64,000 nucleotides of DNA from Saprospiraceae bacterium (GTDB lineage: Bacteria; Bacteroidota; Bacteroidia; Chitinophagales; Saprospiraceae). Of this stretch, positions 39,667-48,137 are shown piece by piece. The notes under the pieces are model-generated. The model ran no database searches, was not told the DNA's origin, and worked only from the letters and a program-made list of their open reading frames with translations. Positions within the stretch are counted from its first letter, which is position 1. Every line of letters starts with the position of its first letter. The translations under genes and the position numbers were made by a program. The stretch covers positions 147,040 through 211,039 of the forward strand of contig JADKGL010000029.1 of assembly GCA_016722295.1 (NCBI GenBank). Reading direction: 5' to 3'.

Positions 39667-39701
39667 AAATTTCAATTTTCTTCAGTTTTTCATTGAAATT
39701 T
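39667..39701. promoter_or_regulatory. 10-bp inverted repeat upstream of the toxin-antitoxin operon (operator candidate)
   Basis: aaatttcaat (39667-39676), 15-nt spacer, attgaaattt (39692-39701); 58-92 nt upstream of the toxin ATG. Confidence 0.4.
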
Positions 39702-40104
39702 AGGAAAACACATCAAAATCTGTTGATATGTATCAAGTTAATAGAAATGAATTTTAGTAATTCAAAATTATGCATTTATCAATAGGAATCTATTTCTGGA
39801 AATCGCGATTAAATTTTTCATTTCTTTACTACTTTAATTGCCTTATCCACCCAATTTTTGCCACTTAAATAGATGTCTGGTTTTATGGCTTCTATGTCAA
39901 CTGAAAAACCTGTATCTAGCCAGAGTTGTCCGTTCATGGGTAGTTGTTTCTGATTTTTGGACAAGTTGTTTTATAATGTACAATGTTGCCATAATCCATC
40001 ATGCCTCTTGAATTTTGCCCTAGTACCACGACTTTATCGCTTTGTCTCGCTAACATGGTGAATAGTTATCCAATGCTTAAATATTTTGTACTTTCACGAT
40101 TTTA

Positions 40105-40392
40105 TTAATTCACAGTTTCTATTTGTTCTAATTCTCTCTTGATTGTTTTCATTTCTTCTTCAATGTCAAAGTCGTTTTGTAAGCCAAGCCAGAATTTAGA
40201 AGATGTTCCAAAGTATTTGGAAAGTCTTAAGGCTGTATCTGCTGTGATTCTTCTTCTTCCCTTTAGTATTTGACTAGTTCTTGTTTGAGGAACTCCAATA
40301 GATTGAGAAAGTTTATAGGCAGTTATACCCATTGGTTTTAGAAATTCTTCTTCTAATATTTCTCCAGGATGTATGTTTTTTAGTTTATTCAT
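40105..40392 (-). CDS. higA: HigA-family XRE-type antitoxin, no adjacent toxin gene
   Basis: 95 aa. IHPGEILEEEFLKPMGITAYKLSQSIGVPQTRTSQILKGRRRITADTALRLSKYFGTS is the canonical HigA HTH. Only 48 nt separate it from the upstream OsmC gene. Confidence 0.85.
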   Translation of the reverse strand: MNKLKNIHPGEILEEEFLKPMGITAYKLSQSIGVPQTRTSQILKGRRRITADTALRLSKYFGTSSKFWLGLQNDFDIEEEMKTIKRELEQIETVN

Positions 40393-40440
40393 GAATCCTT
40401 GCTGGGGTATATGCTTATTAAATTGAATTTATTTTTACAA

Positions 40441-40830
40441 CTAATTAATTCTCATAGGCACAGCTTCAGAGATCAACTTTGCCACAGGACACTTTTCAGC
40501 AATGGCAAATAATCTTTCTATTTGTTCGTCGGAAAGTTGATTTTCAAAACGAATTGTTTTTATGATTTTTTTATCTTGTGAATCATTAGTATCGAGTTCA
40601 GTGATTACTTCTATTTTTCCTGTATTCCAGGCTTTTCTTTTTGCATAAAGCTGTATAGTAATCGTAGTACAAGCTGCAAGAGATCCAAGAAAATATTCAA
40701 TTGGATTGGGCGCTAAGTCTGTACCTCCTATTTCAATCGGTTCATCAACAAAGAAGTTTTTATCTGCCGTCTTTACTTCTGTATAGAGTTTGTCTGAGTC
40801 AGAAGTGGCTGTTACAACTGTATTTTTCAT
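40441..40830 (-). CDS. OsmC-family protein
   Basis: 129 aa. GGTDLAPNPIEYFLGSLAACTT and a C-terminal EKCPV motif (the two OsmC Cys). Confidence 0.8.
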   Translation of the reverse strand: MKNTVVTATSDSDKLYTEVKTADKNFFVDEPIEIGGTDLAPNPIEYFLGSLAACTTITIQLYAKRKAWNTGKIEVITELDTNDSQDKKIIKTIRFENQLSDEQIERLFAIAEKCPVAKLISEAVPMRIN

Positions 40831-41252
40831 CCTTTAAAATCTATCTTAACGTGAGAGCCATCACAAAATGGTTTGTTGTTGGATTGTCCACATCTGCAAA
40901 AGGCTGCAACTTTATTTTTTTGCGTTTCACTTCCATCTGCGTTTTTGATCTTCAAGTTTCCATAGACCATAAGTGGACCATTGGCTATAACTTCCACTAT
41001 TTGTTCGCTATGTACTTCACTTTGTGTTACTTCTCCTTCATTTTTATAATAACTCAAGGCACCCGAAGGGCAATTATTGATACGCTTAATAATCTCTTCT
41101 GTAGGGGCTCCTTCTGCATTTATCCAAGGCCTCACTCCAGGATTAAAAACCGATAAAAGGCCATGTTCTCCTTTCCAACATTTGGTAGAATGAATACAAG
41201 CCTCTGGTTTCCAGACGATCGTAATGTCTTTGTTTGAATATTTTTTTTTCAT
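40827..41252 (-). CDS. fusion of a divergent 4Fe-4S mono-cluster domain and a CDGSH iron-sulfur domain
   Basis: 141 aa. N-terminal ..CIHSTKCW..NNCPSGAL and C-terminal CRCGQSNNKPFCDGSH (CDGSH). 4-nt overlap with the OsmC gene. Confidence 0.75.
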   Translation of the reverse strand: MKKKYSNKDITIVWKPEACIHSTKCWKGEHGLLSVFNPGVRPWINAEGAPTEEIIKRINNCPSGALSYYKNEGEVTQSEVHSEQIVEVIANGPLMVYGNLKIKNADGSETQKNKVAAFCRCGQSNNKPFCDGSHVKIDFKG

Positions 41253-41286
41253 TGATTGTTGATTTTAAATTGTAAAAGTATAAATG

Positions 41287-41333
41287 TTTATTCGTTGCAG
41301 AATGTGCAACGAAAATAGACTTTATTCGTCGCA
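41287..41333. promoter_or_regulatory. three TTCGTYGCA half-sites (hairpin plus a direct copy) between the Hpt and CDGSH genes
   Basis: ttcgttgca (41291-41299), gaatg, tgcaacgaa (41305-41313) form a 9-bp stem. tttattcgtcgca at 41321-41333 repeats tttattcgttgca at 41287-41299 (12/13). Confidence 0.35.
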
Positions 41334-41372
41334 TTTCACAATTATTTTAGCTATATATTATATTTTGCTACC

Positions 41373-41708
41373 CTAGAATTGCACCAGCATTTCTGTAAGT
41401 TTAACCTCTGAATCCGTTGCAATTTTATGTGCTGAATTATACAGACTTTCAAGTATGTCAACATTATTTGATCTCACAGCTTCTTCTATTTTGATAAGTG
41501 CTTCTTTTAGACTACTGACTCCCATAAAATCGGCTTGTGGTTTTAACGAATGTGCGTTAATACGAAGCTGCTCCCAATCTTTATTTTTGAGATTGCGATG
41601 CATTTCCTCAAAAGTCTTTGGCGCTACATCAAGGTATAATGTAATGTAACGTTTCATTTTTTTGGGATCATCTTTTGTGAACTGTTTTAAAAAAGATAGA
41701 TCGACCAT
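41373..41708 (-). CDS. Hpt-domain phosphotransfer protein
   Basis: 111 aa. Four-helix Hpt pattern with the phospho-His motif NAHSLKPQADFMG. Confidence 0.75.
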   Translation of the reverse strand: MVDLSFLKQFTKDDPKKMKRYITLYLDVAPKTFEEMHRNLKNKDWEQLRINAHSLKPQADFMGVSSLKEALIKIEEAVRSNNVDILESLYNSAHKIATDSEVKLTEMLVQF

Positions 41709-42095
41709 TTACACATTCGCATTAATAAGTTGAAAAATTTCTTCGAAAGCATCTTGTCCTTTTATCACATAATGTACTGCACCAAACATAATGGTTTTTG
41801 CGGCAGTTCCATAGCTTTCTTGGCTGGATAACATGATGACTGGTAAGTCATGGTTTTGCTTTTTTAATTCTCTAAGAATATCGATGCCATTTGCTGCATC
41901 TTTTTCTTTTGAATTCAAATGAAAGTCTAGAACGACAGCGTCTGGTTGTTTATCCAAACTTTGCAAACAGGCTTCCCCTGTTGGAAACGAAACTATATTA
42001 AAATTTTCATATTGACCTTTTAAATAGTCGGTCAGCATTTCAGACAATAGAGGCTCATCGTCCACGATGAAAATAGTTGGATTTTGATTAATCAT
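41709..42095 (-). CDS. single-domain response regulator (receiver only)
   Basis: 128 aa. IFIVDDEP acidic pocket, VVLDFHL phospho-Asp, MLSS, K in YVIKG. Abuts Hpt with no gap. Confidence 0.85.
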   Translation of the reverse strand: MINQNPTIFIVDDEPLLSEMLTDYLKGQYENFNIVSFPTGEACLQSLDKQPDAVVLDFHLNSKEKDAANGIDILRELKKQNHDLPVIMLSSQESYGTAAKTIMFGAVHYVIKGQDAFEEIFQLINANV

Positions 42096-43603
42096 GATAT
42101 TTTATTTAATAAGTTAAAAATTTTGTATAGCAACTCATCTGTATCAAAAGGCTTCCCTATAAAGTCATTCATGCCTGCTTCATAGCACAAATCGATTTCT
42201 TCTTGGTGAACATAGGCAGTCATAGCAATAATGGGCGTTTTTGATTTTTCACTTTTCATGTTTCTTATATTTTTTGTGGCTTCAAAACCACTCATCACTG
42301 GCATTTGGATATCCATTAATATAATATCATAAGTTGATGATTTTATTTTCTCTTTGGCAATCAATCCATTTTCGGCCACATCTATGTGAACATCTTCAAT
42401 TGCTTCTTCCAGTTCTTCCGTCGACACTACGATATTGAAAGCATTATCTTCTACCAAAAGAATGTTAATTCCCTTAATTTCGGCAGCTGCATTCTTTTCG
42501 ACATAATTTGACATCACATCTTCAGCTTTTTTCTCTTCTGAGAGATACGGAAGGATAAAATGAAACTGACTGCCTTTGTCTTCTTTACTTTCCACCTTGA
42601 GTTCACCTCCATGTGCCTTCACAATTTCATAACTTAAACTCAATCCTAATCCAACCCCTTGGCCCGCTGGTTTAGTGGTAAAGAATGGTTGGAAGATTTT
42701 ATCTTTGATTCTATCGGGGATACCTGATCCATTATCTTGAACAGAGATTAACATTTGGTTATTTGCAATATGTTTTGTAGTGATTGAAACGATGGGTTCA
42801 AATCCAATTTCTTCTTTTTTGCTTCTCTCAGAAGCAGCCCAAATACCGTTATTGATAAGATTTAAAATTACCCGACCCAAGTCTTGTGGAACGACATCAA
42901 TTTTTGGTAAATTAGGATCAAGAAATCTTTCTATTGTACAATTGAAAGATCTCTCCTTGGCTTTTATACCATAGTATGCCAAACGCAAAAATTCATCACA
43001 CAAAACATTTATGTCAGTAGGCGTTTTTTGTCCCGTTGGTCTCTTTGAATGTTCAAGCATACCTTTAACAATGTCGGAAGCTCGTTTGCCATGAAAATAT
43101 ATTTTTTCAAGGTTTTCTGCTATGACATTTAAAATTTCATTTTCTAAACCTCTATTTCGCTCACTTTCAACTTTTGAACTTTCAATTTTCAACTCTGAAA
43201 TTAATTCTTTACTAACTTCACTAAAATTATTGACGAAATTTAAAGGGTTCTGAATTTCATGTGCAATGCCTGCAGTAAGTTCTCCTAATGATGCCATCTT
43301 TTCGGTTTGGATGAGTTGGAGTTGTGTAGATTTGAGACTTGAAAGGGCTTTTTCGGCTTTTCCTTTTTGGGCTGCAATAGTTTCGTTTGTTTGCTGCAAT
43401 AATTCTTGCATTTTTCGGATATATCGAAGTCTTTTATATAAATTATAAGAAAGCAGCAAAACTATAATACTCAGAAATATTATCCAATTTTTGTTGGAAT
43501 ACAGTTCGGTTGCTTCTCTGGTTTGTGCAAAGGCGTAAGATGTTATAAACGTTCCTGCAAGAGTCAGAAAGCATTTAAAATTTACATATTTGATTGAATT
43601 CAT
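42092..43603 (-). CDS. hybrid sensor histidine kinase/response regulator with minimal extracytoplasmic loop
   Basis: 503 aa. Two TM helices flanking about 12 residues, H-box [12 protein letters not shown], HATPase N/G boxes ([23 protein letters not shown]), C-terminal REC ([14 protein letters not shown]..). Confidence 0.9.
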   Translation of the reverse strand: MNSIKYVNFKCFLTLAGTFITSYAFAQTREATELYSNKNWIIFLSIIVLLLSYNLYKRLRYIRKMQELLQQTNETIAAQKGKAEKALSSLKSTQLQLIQTEKMASLGELTAGIAHEIQNPLNFVNNFSEVSKELISELKIESSKVESERNRGLENEILNVIAENLEKIYFHGKRASDIVKGMLEHSKRPTGQKTPTDINVLCDEFLRLAYYGIKAKERSFNCTIERFLDPNLPKIDVVPQDLGRVILNLINNGIWAASERSKKEEIGFEPIVSITTKHIANNQMLISVQDNGSGIPDRIKDKIFQPFFTTKPAGQGVGLGLSLSYEIVKAHGGELKVESKEDKGSQFHFILPYLSEEKKAEDVMSNYVEKNAAAEIKGINILLVEDNAFNIVVSTEELEEAIEDVHIDVAENGLIAKEKIKSSTYDIILMDIQMPVMSGFEATKNIRNMKSEKSKTPIIAMTAYVHQEEIDLCYEAGMNDFIGKPFDTDELLYKIFNLLNKIS

Positions 43604-43637
43604 TTTTTACTTTCAGTTAATGATGTCTATAATAGAA

Positions 43638-43672
43638 ATCTATCTCTCAGGAAATTTTCCATTGAGATAGAT
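43638..43672. promoter_or_regulatory. 35-nt near-palindrome between susD-like stop and kinase start
   Basis: atctatctc (43638-43646) pairs with gagatagat (43664-43672); inner ggaaa/tttcc arms. Confidence 0.35.
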
Positions 43673-43731
43673 ATCTAAAAGTTTGATGTAGTTATGCAGA
43701 GCTAAATATTTTATTTTTTAAAATAAGTTTC

Positions 43732-45057
43732 CTAATATCCATCATTCTGCTCCATCAGCTTGTTTGTATTCATCTCTGATTGTGGGATAGGCATTACAAG
43801 TTTGGGACTGTCAAATGGTAGGCTTGCCACGCTTGATTTTGTTCGTTTGATATCATAGATAGCAAACCCTTCAAATGCCAATTCTCTTTGTCTTTCTTTG
43901 ATAATGTCACCAAGGGTTAATGTAGTCAAAACTGCTGCAGATGATCTTATTCTGATGGAGTTGATATCATCGATTGGACTTGCACCAAGAGCTGTATTTA
44001 ATCTCTGATTGCATTCAGCACGAATTAATATCATTTCAGCCAGTCTGATTAAAGGAATATCGCCAAACTGACTCACATATTTGTTAGTTAGGAAATCTCC
44101 TTTTGCATTTTGATAATAAAATTTGGATCGTACATCATTTGGATCATCAAATATATTTAGGTAATCTTGATTAATAGAAATATCTCCACCTCGACCACCA
44201 TTCTCCTCTGATGCATAAAAAGTTATTAACACATTTTGTCCACTTTGAGATGTGATCTGTACAGCAAAAATATCTTCAGATCCATTGACGTCATGGTTAA
44301 ATGCAGCAGCATAATTAGGCGCTAAAGCTCTGCCACTATTGGCAATTACATCATGCGCTGCTCCTCCTGCAGCTTTGTAGTTGCCCAGATATAATTGTAC
44401 TCTTGCAAGAAGTGCCAGTGCAGCATATTTGTCGGCATAAAATCCATTTTCTTTCGGAAGTATCCCTGCAGCTTTTTGAAGGTCATTAATTATCAAAGTA
44501 ATAACTTCATCAGTTGTACTTCTTTTGATAGATAAGTCACCACTAAAATCTTTTACGGACGTTGTTCTTAAAGGCACAGCTTTTACATCATTTCCAAACA
44601 ACCTAAGCAATTCAAAATAAGTCAAAGCTCTAAGAAATTTGGCTTCTCCTTCGACTCTTGTTTTTTCATTTTCGTCTTTTATTACTGATAGATGATCCAA
44701 GACTAGATTAGTTTGATTGACAGACTCGTATAGACTATTCCACATCAATCCAATAATGCCGTTATTTGGCAACATAGATTTGTTAAGTGCTTCTCTAGGC
44801 TCATAAAAAGTGCCATTCCAAGAAACTTGATTGTCAGAGCCTATTAAGTCAGAAAAAATCTGTAGGTATCCACCGTGATTGCCTTCTAGTGCTTGACTAT
44901 GGTAAGCACCAATCAATATTTTTTTGATATTTTCTTCTGAAGTAAGAGCAACATTATCTGATATAGAAAGGGTAGGCTCTACATTCAATTCTTTGGAACA
45001 AGAAATAATAGTTACAAAAGCAAAAAGTAATACTATATATTTTATTAAATGATTCAT
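43732..45057 (-). CDS. RagB/SusD-family nutrient-binding outer-membrane lipoprotein
   Basis: 441 aa. Lipoprotein signal FAFVTIISC; TPR-like helical SusD composition; 21 nt downstream of the SusC-like gene. Confidence 0.9.
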   Translation of the reverse strand: MNHLIKYIVLLFAFVTIISCSKELNVEPTLSISDNVALTSEENIKKILIGAYHSQALEGNHGGYLQIFSDLIGSDNQVSWNGTFYEPREALNKSMLPNNGIIGLMWNSLYESVNQTNLVLDHLSVIKDENEKTRVEGEAKFLRALTYFELLRLFGNDVKAVPLRTTSVKDFSGDLSIKRSTTDEVITLIINDLQKAAGILPKENGFYADKYAALALLARVQLYLGNYKAAGGAAHDVIANSGRALAPNYAAAFNHDVNGSEDIFAVQITSQSGQNVLITFYASEENGGRGGDISINQDYLNIFDDPNDVRSKFYYQNAKGDFLTNKYVSQFGDIPLIRLAEMILIRAECNQRLNTALGASPIDDINSIRIRSSAAVLTTLTLGDIIKERQRELAFEGFAIYDIKRTKSSVASLPFDSPKLVMPIPQSEMNTNKLMEQNDGY

Positions 45058-45078
45058 TTCTTATTGATTTTAGATGTA

Positions 45079-48078
45079 TTAAAAATTGATATTTAGTCCT
45101 ATTGAAGTGGTTTTGGCTTGTGGAGCGGATTCATAATCTATACCATAATTAGAACCTAAACTATTAGCATCAGCTCTCGACTCTGGATCGAAACCATCAT
45201 ATTCGGTAAATGTCAGCAAATTGACTCCAGAAAGATAAATACGGGCATTGCGAATTTTAACTTTACCTAAGATTGATGATGGAATGTCATAGCTCAACAT
45301 CACATTTCTCAATCGAATAAAATCTGCTTTTTGGAGATATCTTGTGGATATTGCATTACCATTTCCTCCATATAGTCTGGCTTGTGGTACCTCAGTAATA
45401 TCTCCTACTTTTTGCCAACGGTTTAGTTGATTTACCGTTTGGTTGCCAAAAAAATCTCCATTTGACGAAGTAAATTTACCGAATGCATTGTAAATACTTG
45501 CACCCCATTCTCCTACAAAAGTAAAGCTAAGTGCAAGACCTTTGTACGAAACTTCATTGGTAAGGCCTCCTATCCAAGTGGGTTGTGTATTACCAGCTAA
45601 AACAGGTTTTACTTCCGAATAATTTGCTGTGGTTTCACTGCCTTTTCCATCGGTATAATACAAAGCATCGCCATTATTAGGATCGACTCCTGCATATTCA
45701 GGTAAATAAAACGTAGGTGCAGCATGCCCAACTCTGTAGAGAGCTGTAAAAAATATGATATCAGCGTTATTGTTGGGTAGCGATATGATCTTATTTGTAT
45801 TATTGGATATATTTAGATTTGTAGTCCATTCGAAATTTTTACTTGTAATATTTTTAGAGTTCAACACAAGCTCTATTCCTTTATTTTCTACTTCACCTAT
45901 GTTTTTATTGATCCCTAGTTGACCTGAACTACCGGGCAAAGGCACATTAAACAGAAGTCCATCAGTTCTTTTTGAATAAAAATCCAATTCACTAGAAATC
46001 CTATCTTTAAATAATCCGAACTCTATACCTAAATCCAATTGCTTGCTTTTCTCCCAAGTCAAATCATTGTTGCCAGGTTGTGTCAATCTTATACCAGAAC
46101 CTCTATTGTAAGACACACCATTGTAGAGCGATTTAGACGCAAAATTTCCTATTTCAGAATTGCCCAACTGACCATAACTTGCTCTTACTTTCAGTAAAGA
46201 AATTGTATTAAAATCTTTGAGAAATGACTCCTCAGATACTAACCACCCAACAGACATTGCAGGAAAAACACCATACCTTTGGTTTGCACCAAATCGAGAT
46301 GAACCATCTCGTCTGATACTCGCCTTTACAAAATATTTGTCTTGAAGCATGAAGGAAGCCCTAGCGAAATAGGATAAAAAATTGTACCTCTCATTAGATC
46401 CTTTGCCTTGTGTAATCTCAGCTGCACTAGATATGGATTTGAAATCATCAGAAGGAAACTGTACCCCACTCACACTATTGAAAATACGATCAGAATTACT
46501 GAACTCCTGGCCTGCGACTACAGTAAGCAAAGAAGTCTTATTGATTTCTTTATTGTAGGTAAAATAATTAGACCATATATAATTTTCTGATTTGGCATTT
46601 GAATTATATGCAAATCCGTTTGTAGCCATAAATGGTGTCAACCTTCCTCGATATTGATTTTCTGTTTGGTTGCTCAGATCGTAACCTAAGTCAGAATTGA
46701 ATTTTAAATTTTGAATAATATTATATTCTGCAAAAACTTTACCTGTAATTCTATGTAGGTTTGTTGTAAAATCAGCATATCTATCTTCGAGTAAAAAGTT
46801 TGGATATAGCGTATTTGGATTGGGTGTGCCATCTTCATTTAAAGCTGGGGAAAGTGGAGATTGCTCTATCGAAGAAGATGGCGTGACGAATTCATTATCG
46901 TTAGCCACACGGTCTATAATGGTTTTGGAAATTCCCAGATTCATTCCAGCAGAGATTTTAAATGACAACTGGTGCTTGAGATTCATCCTGGCACTGAGTC
47001 GTTGTAAGTCATTACCGAGTATGATTCCTTTGGTTTTGTTTAGAGTGCCTCCAAAAAAATATTGAGTTTTTGCATCACCGCCAGATATAGACAGATCCAT
47101 ATCAGACTGACTACCATCTTTAAATGCTACCTTACCCCAATCGGTATCAACAGCACCATTTCGCCAATCAGTACCATTGGACACAAAATCAAAAAATCCT
47201 TCTGCCTCAGCTTTTCCTGCGTCTTCGCCCAAAGAATTGATGGCAGCTTCTGTAAAGAGTTCTTTGTATTGTGCTGCATTGAGCACTTTGATTACATTAG
47301 TAGGCGAACTAATCCCTGATGAAATATTCAGAGAAACATTCGTCTTACCTACTTTTCCTTTTTTGGTCGTAATCAGCACGACACCATTTGCACCTCTTGC
47401 ACCATATATTGCAGCAGAGCTTGCATCCTTTAGAATATCGATAGATTCTATTTCTGAAGAACTAAGCGATAATAGTGGATTCATTACAGCTCCATTGCTA
47501 GATTCGTTTTGGTTGATAAGAGGCATACCATCCAATACATAAAGTGGTTCAGTAGCTTGACTAAGACTAGATGTGCCACGTATCCTGACATTGATACCAC
47601 CCTCTACTTTACCATTTGTTTGATTGATGCGCACACCAGCTGCCTTTCCTGACATTGTGTTTTGAAAATTGGACACAGCAATGTTAGAAATGTTTTCAGA
47701 TGTTAGTTTTGCTACATTGTCTGTCAAATTTCTTTTGCTAGTACTACCGTATCCGATGACCATAACTTCATCTATTAATTTTGTAGATTCTTCAAGTATG
47801 ATTTTAATATCATCTACTCCGTCGGAAAGATTGATGGTTTTGGTCTCGTATCCTAAAAAATTGAAAGTTAAGGATTGGACTTTATTGGGTAATTGTAGAT
47901 TAAATTTCCCATCGATATCTGTAATAGCCCCAATCTTAGGAGCGCCATCGGCTATAATATTAACGCCTATGATGGCTTGCCCATTTGGATCTGTTACAAT
48001 TCCTTTGATCGATTTTTGAGCTAGCGAGTAACTTATACTTCCTAGCATTAATAAAAGAAATAAAAAAAGCTGTTTCAT
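45079..48078 (-). CDS. SusC/RagA-family TonB-dependent outer-membrane transporter
   Basis: 999 aa. Signal peptide, carboxypeptidase-regulatory-like domain (IKGIVTDPNGQAIIGVNI), plug region (DEVMVIGYGSTSKRNLT), long barrel ending in ..GLNINF. Confidence 0.92.
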   Translation of the reverse strand: MKQLFLFLLLMLGSISYSLAQKSIKGIVTDPNGQAIIGVNIIADGAPKIGAITDIDGKFNLQLPNKVQSLTFNFLGYETKTINLSDGVDDIKIILEESTKLIDEVMVIGYGSTSKRNLTDNVAKLTSENISNIAVSNFQNTMSGKAAGVRINQTNGKVEGGINVRIRGTSSLSQATEPLYVLDGMPLINQNESSNGAVMNPLLSLSSSEIESIDILKDASSAAIYGARGANGVVLITTKKGKVGKTNVSLNISSGISSPTNVIKVLNAAQYKELFTEAAINSLGEDAGKAEAEGFFDFVSNGTDWRNGAVDTDWGKVAFKDGSQSDMDLSISGGDAKTQYFFGGTLNKTKGIILGNDLQRLSARMNLKHQLSFKISAGMNLGISKTIIDRVANDNEFVTPSSSIEQSPLSPALNEDGTPNPNTLYPNFLLEDRYADFTTNLHRITGKVFAEYNIIQNLKFNSDLGYDLSNQTENQYRGRLTPFMATNGFAYNSNAKSENYIWSNYFTYNKEINKTSLLTVVAGQEFSNSDRIFNSVSGVQFPSDDFKSISSAAEITQGKGSNERYNFLSYFARASFMLQDKYFVKASIRRDGSSRFGANQRYGVFPAMSVGWLVSEESFLKDFNTISLLKVRASYGQLGNSEIGNFASKSLYNGVSYNRGSGIRLTQPGNNDLTWEKSKQLDLGIEFGLFKDRISSELDFYSKRTDGLLFNVPLPGSSGQLGINKNIGEVENKGIELVLNSKNITSKNFEWTTNLNISNNTNKIISLPNNNADIIFFTALYRVGHAAPTFYLPEYAGVDPNNGDALYYTDGKGSETTANYSEVKPVLAGNTQPTWIGGLTNEVSYKGLALSFTFVGEWGASIYNAFGKFTSSNGDFFGNQTVNQLNRWQKVGDITEVPQARLYGGNGNAISTRYLQKADFIRLRNVMLSYDIPSSILGKVKIRNARIYLSGVNLLTFTEYDGFDPESRADANSLGSNYGIDYESAPQAKTTSIGLNINF

Positions 48079-48137
48079 AAAATATTGATTTGTTGGTTTT
48101 TAAAAAATACATTATTTGTTTTGTTACTCATTGGTCA

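Noticed and set aside
40701-41156. 151-aa plus-strand ORF
   Set aside because: It is antisense across the OsmC and CDGSH genes, both of which have clear family motifs. The translation is low-complexity.
46408-48019. Series of plus-strand ORFs (60-121 aa) inside the SusC-like gene; likewise 48244..50469 inside the TPR kinase
   Set aside because: They are antisense shadows of long, well-supported genes, and no motifs are present.
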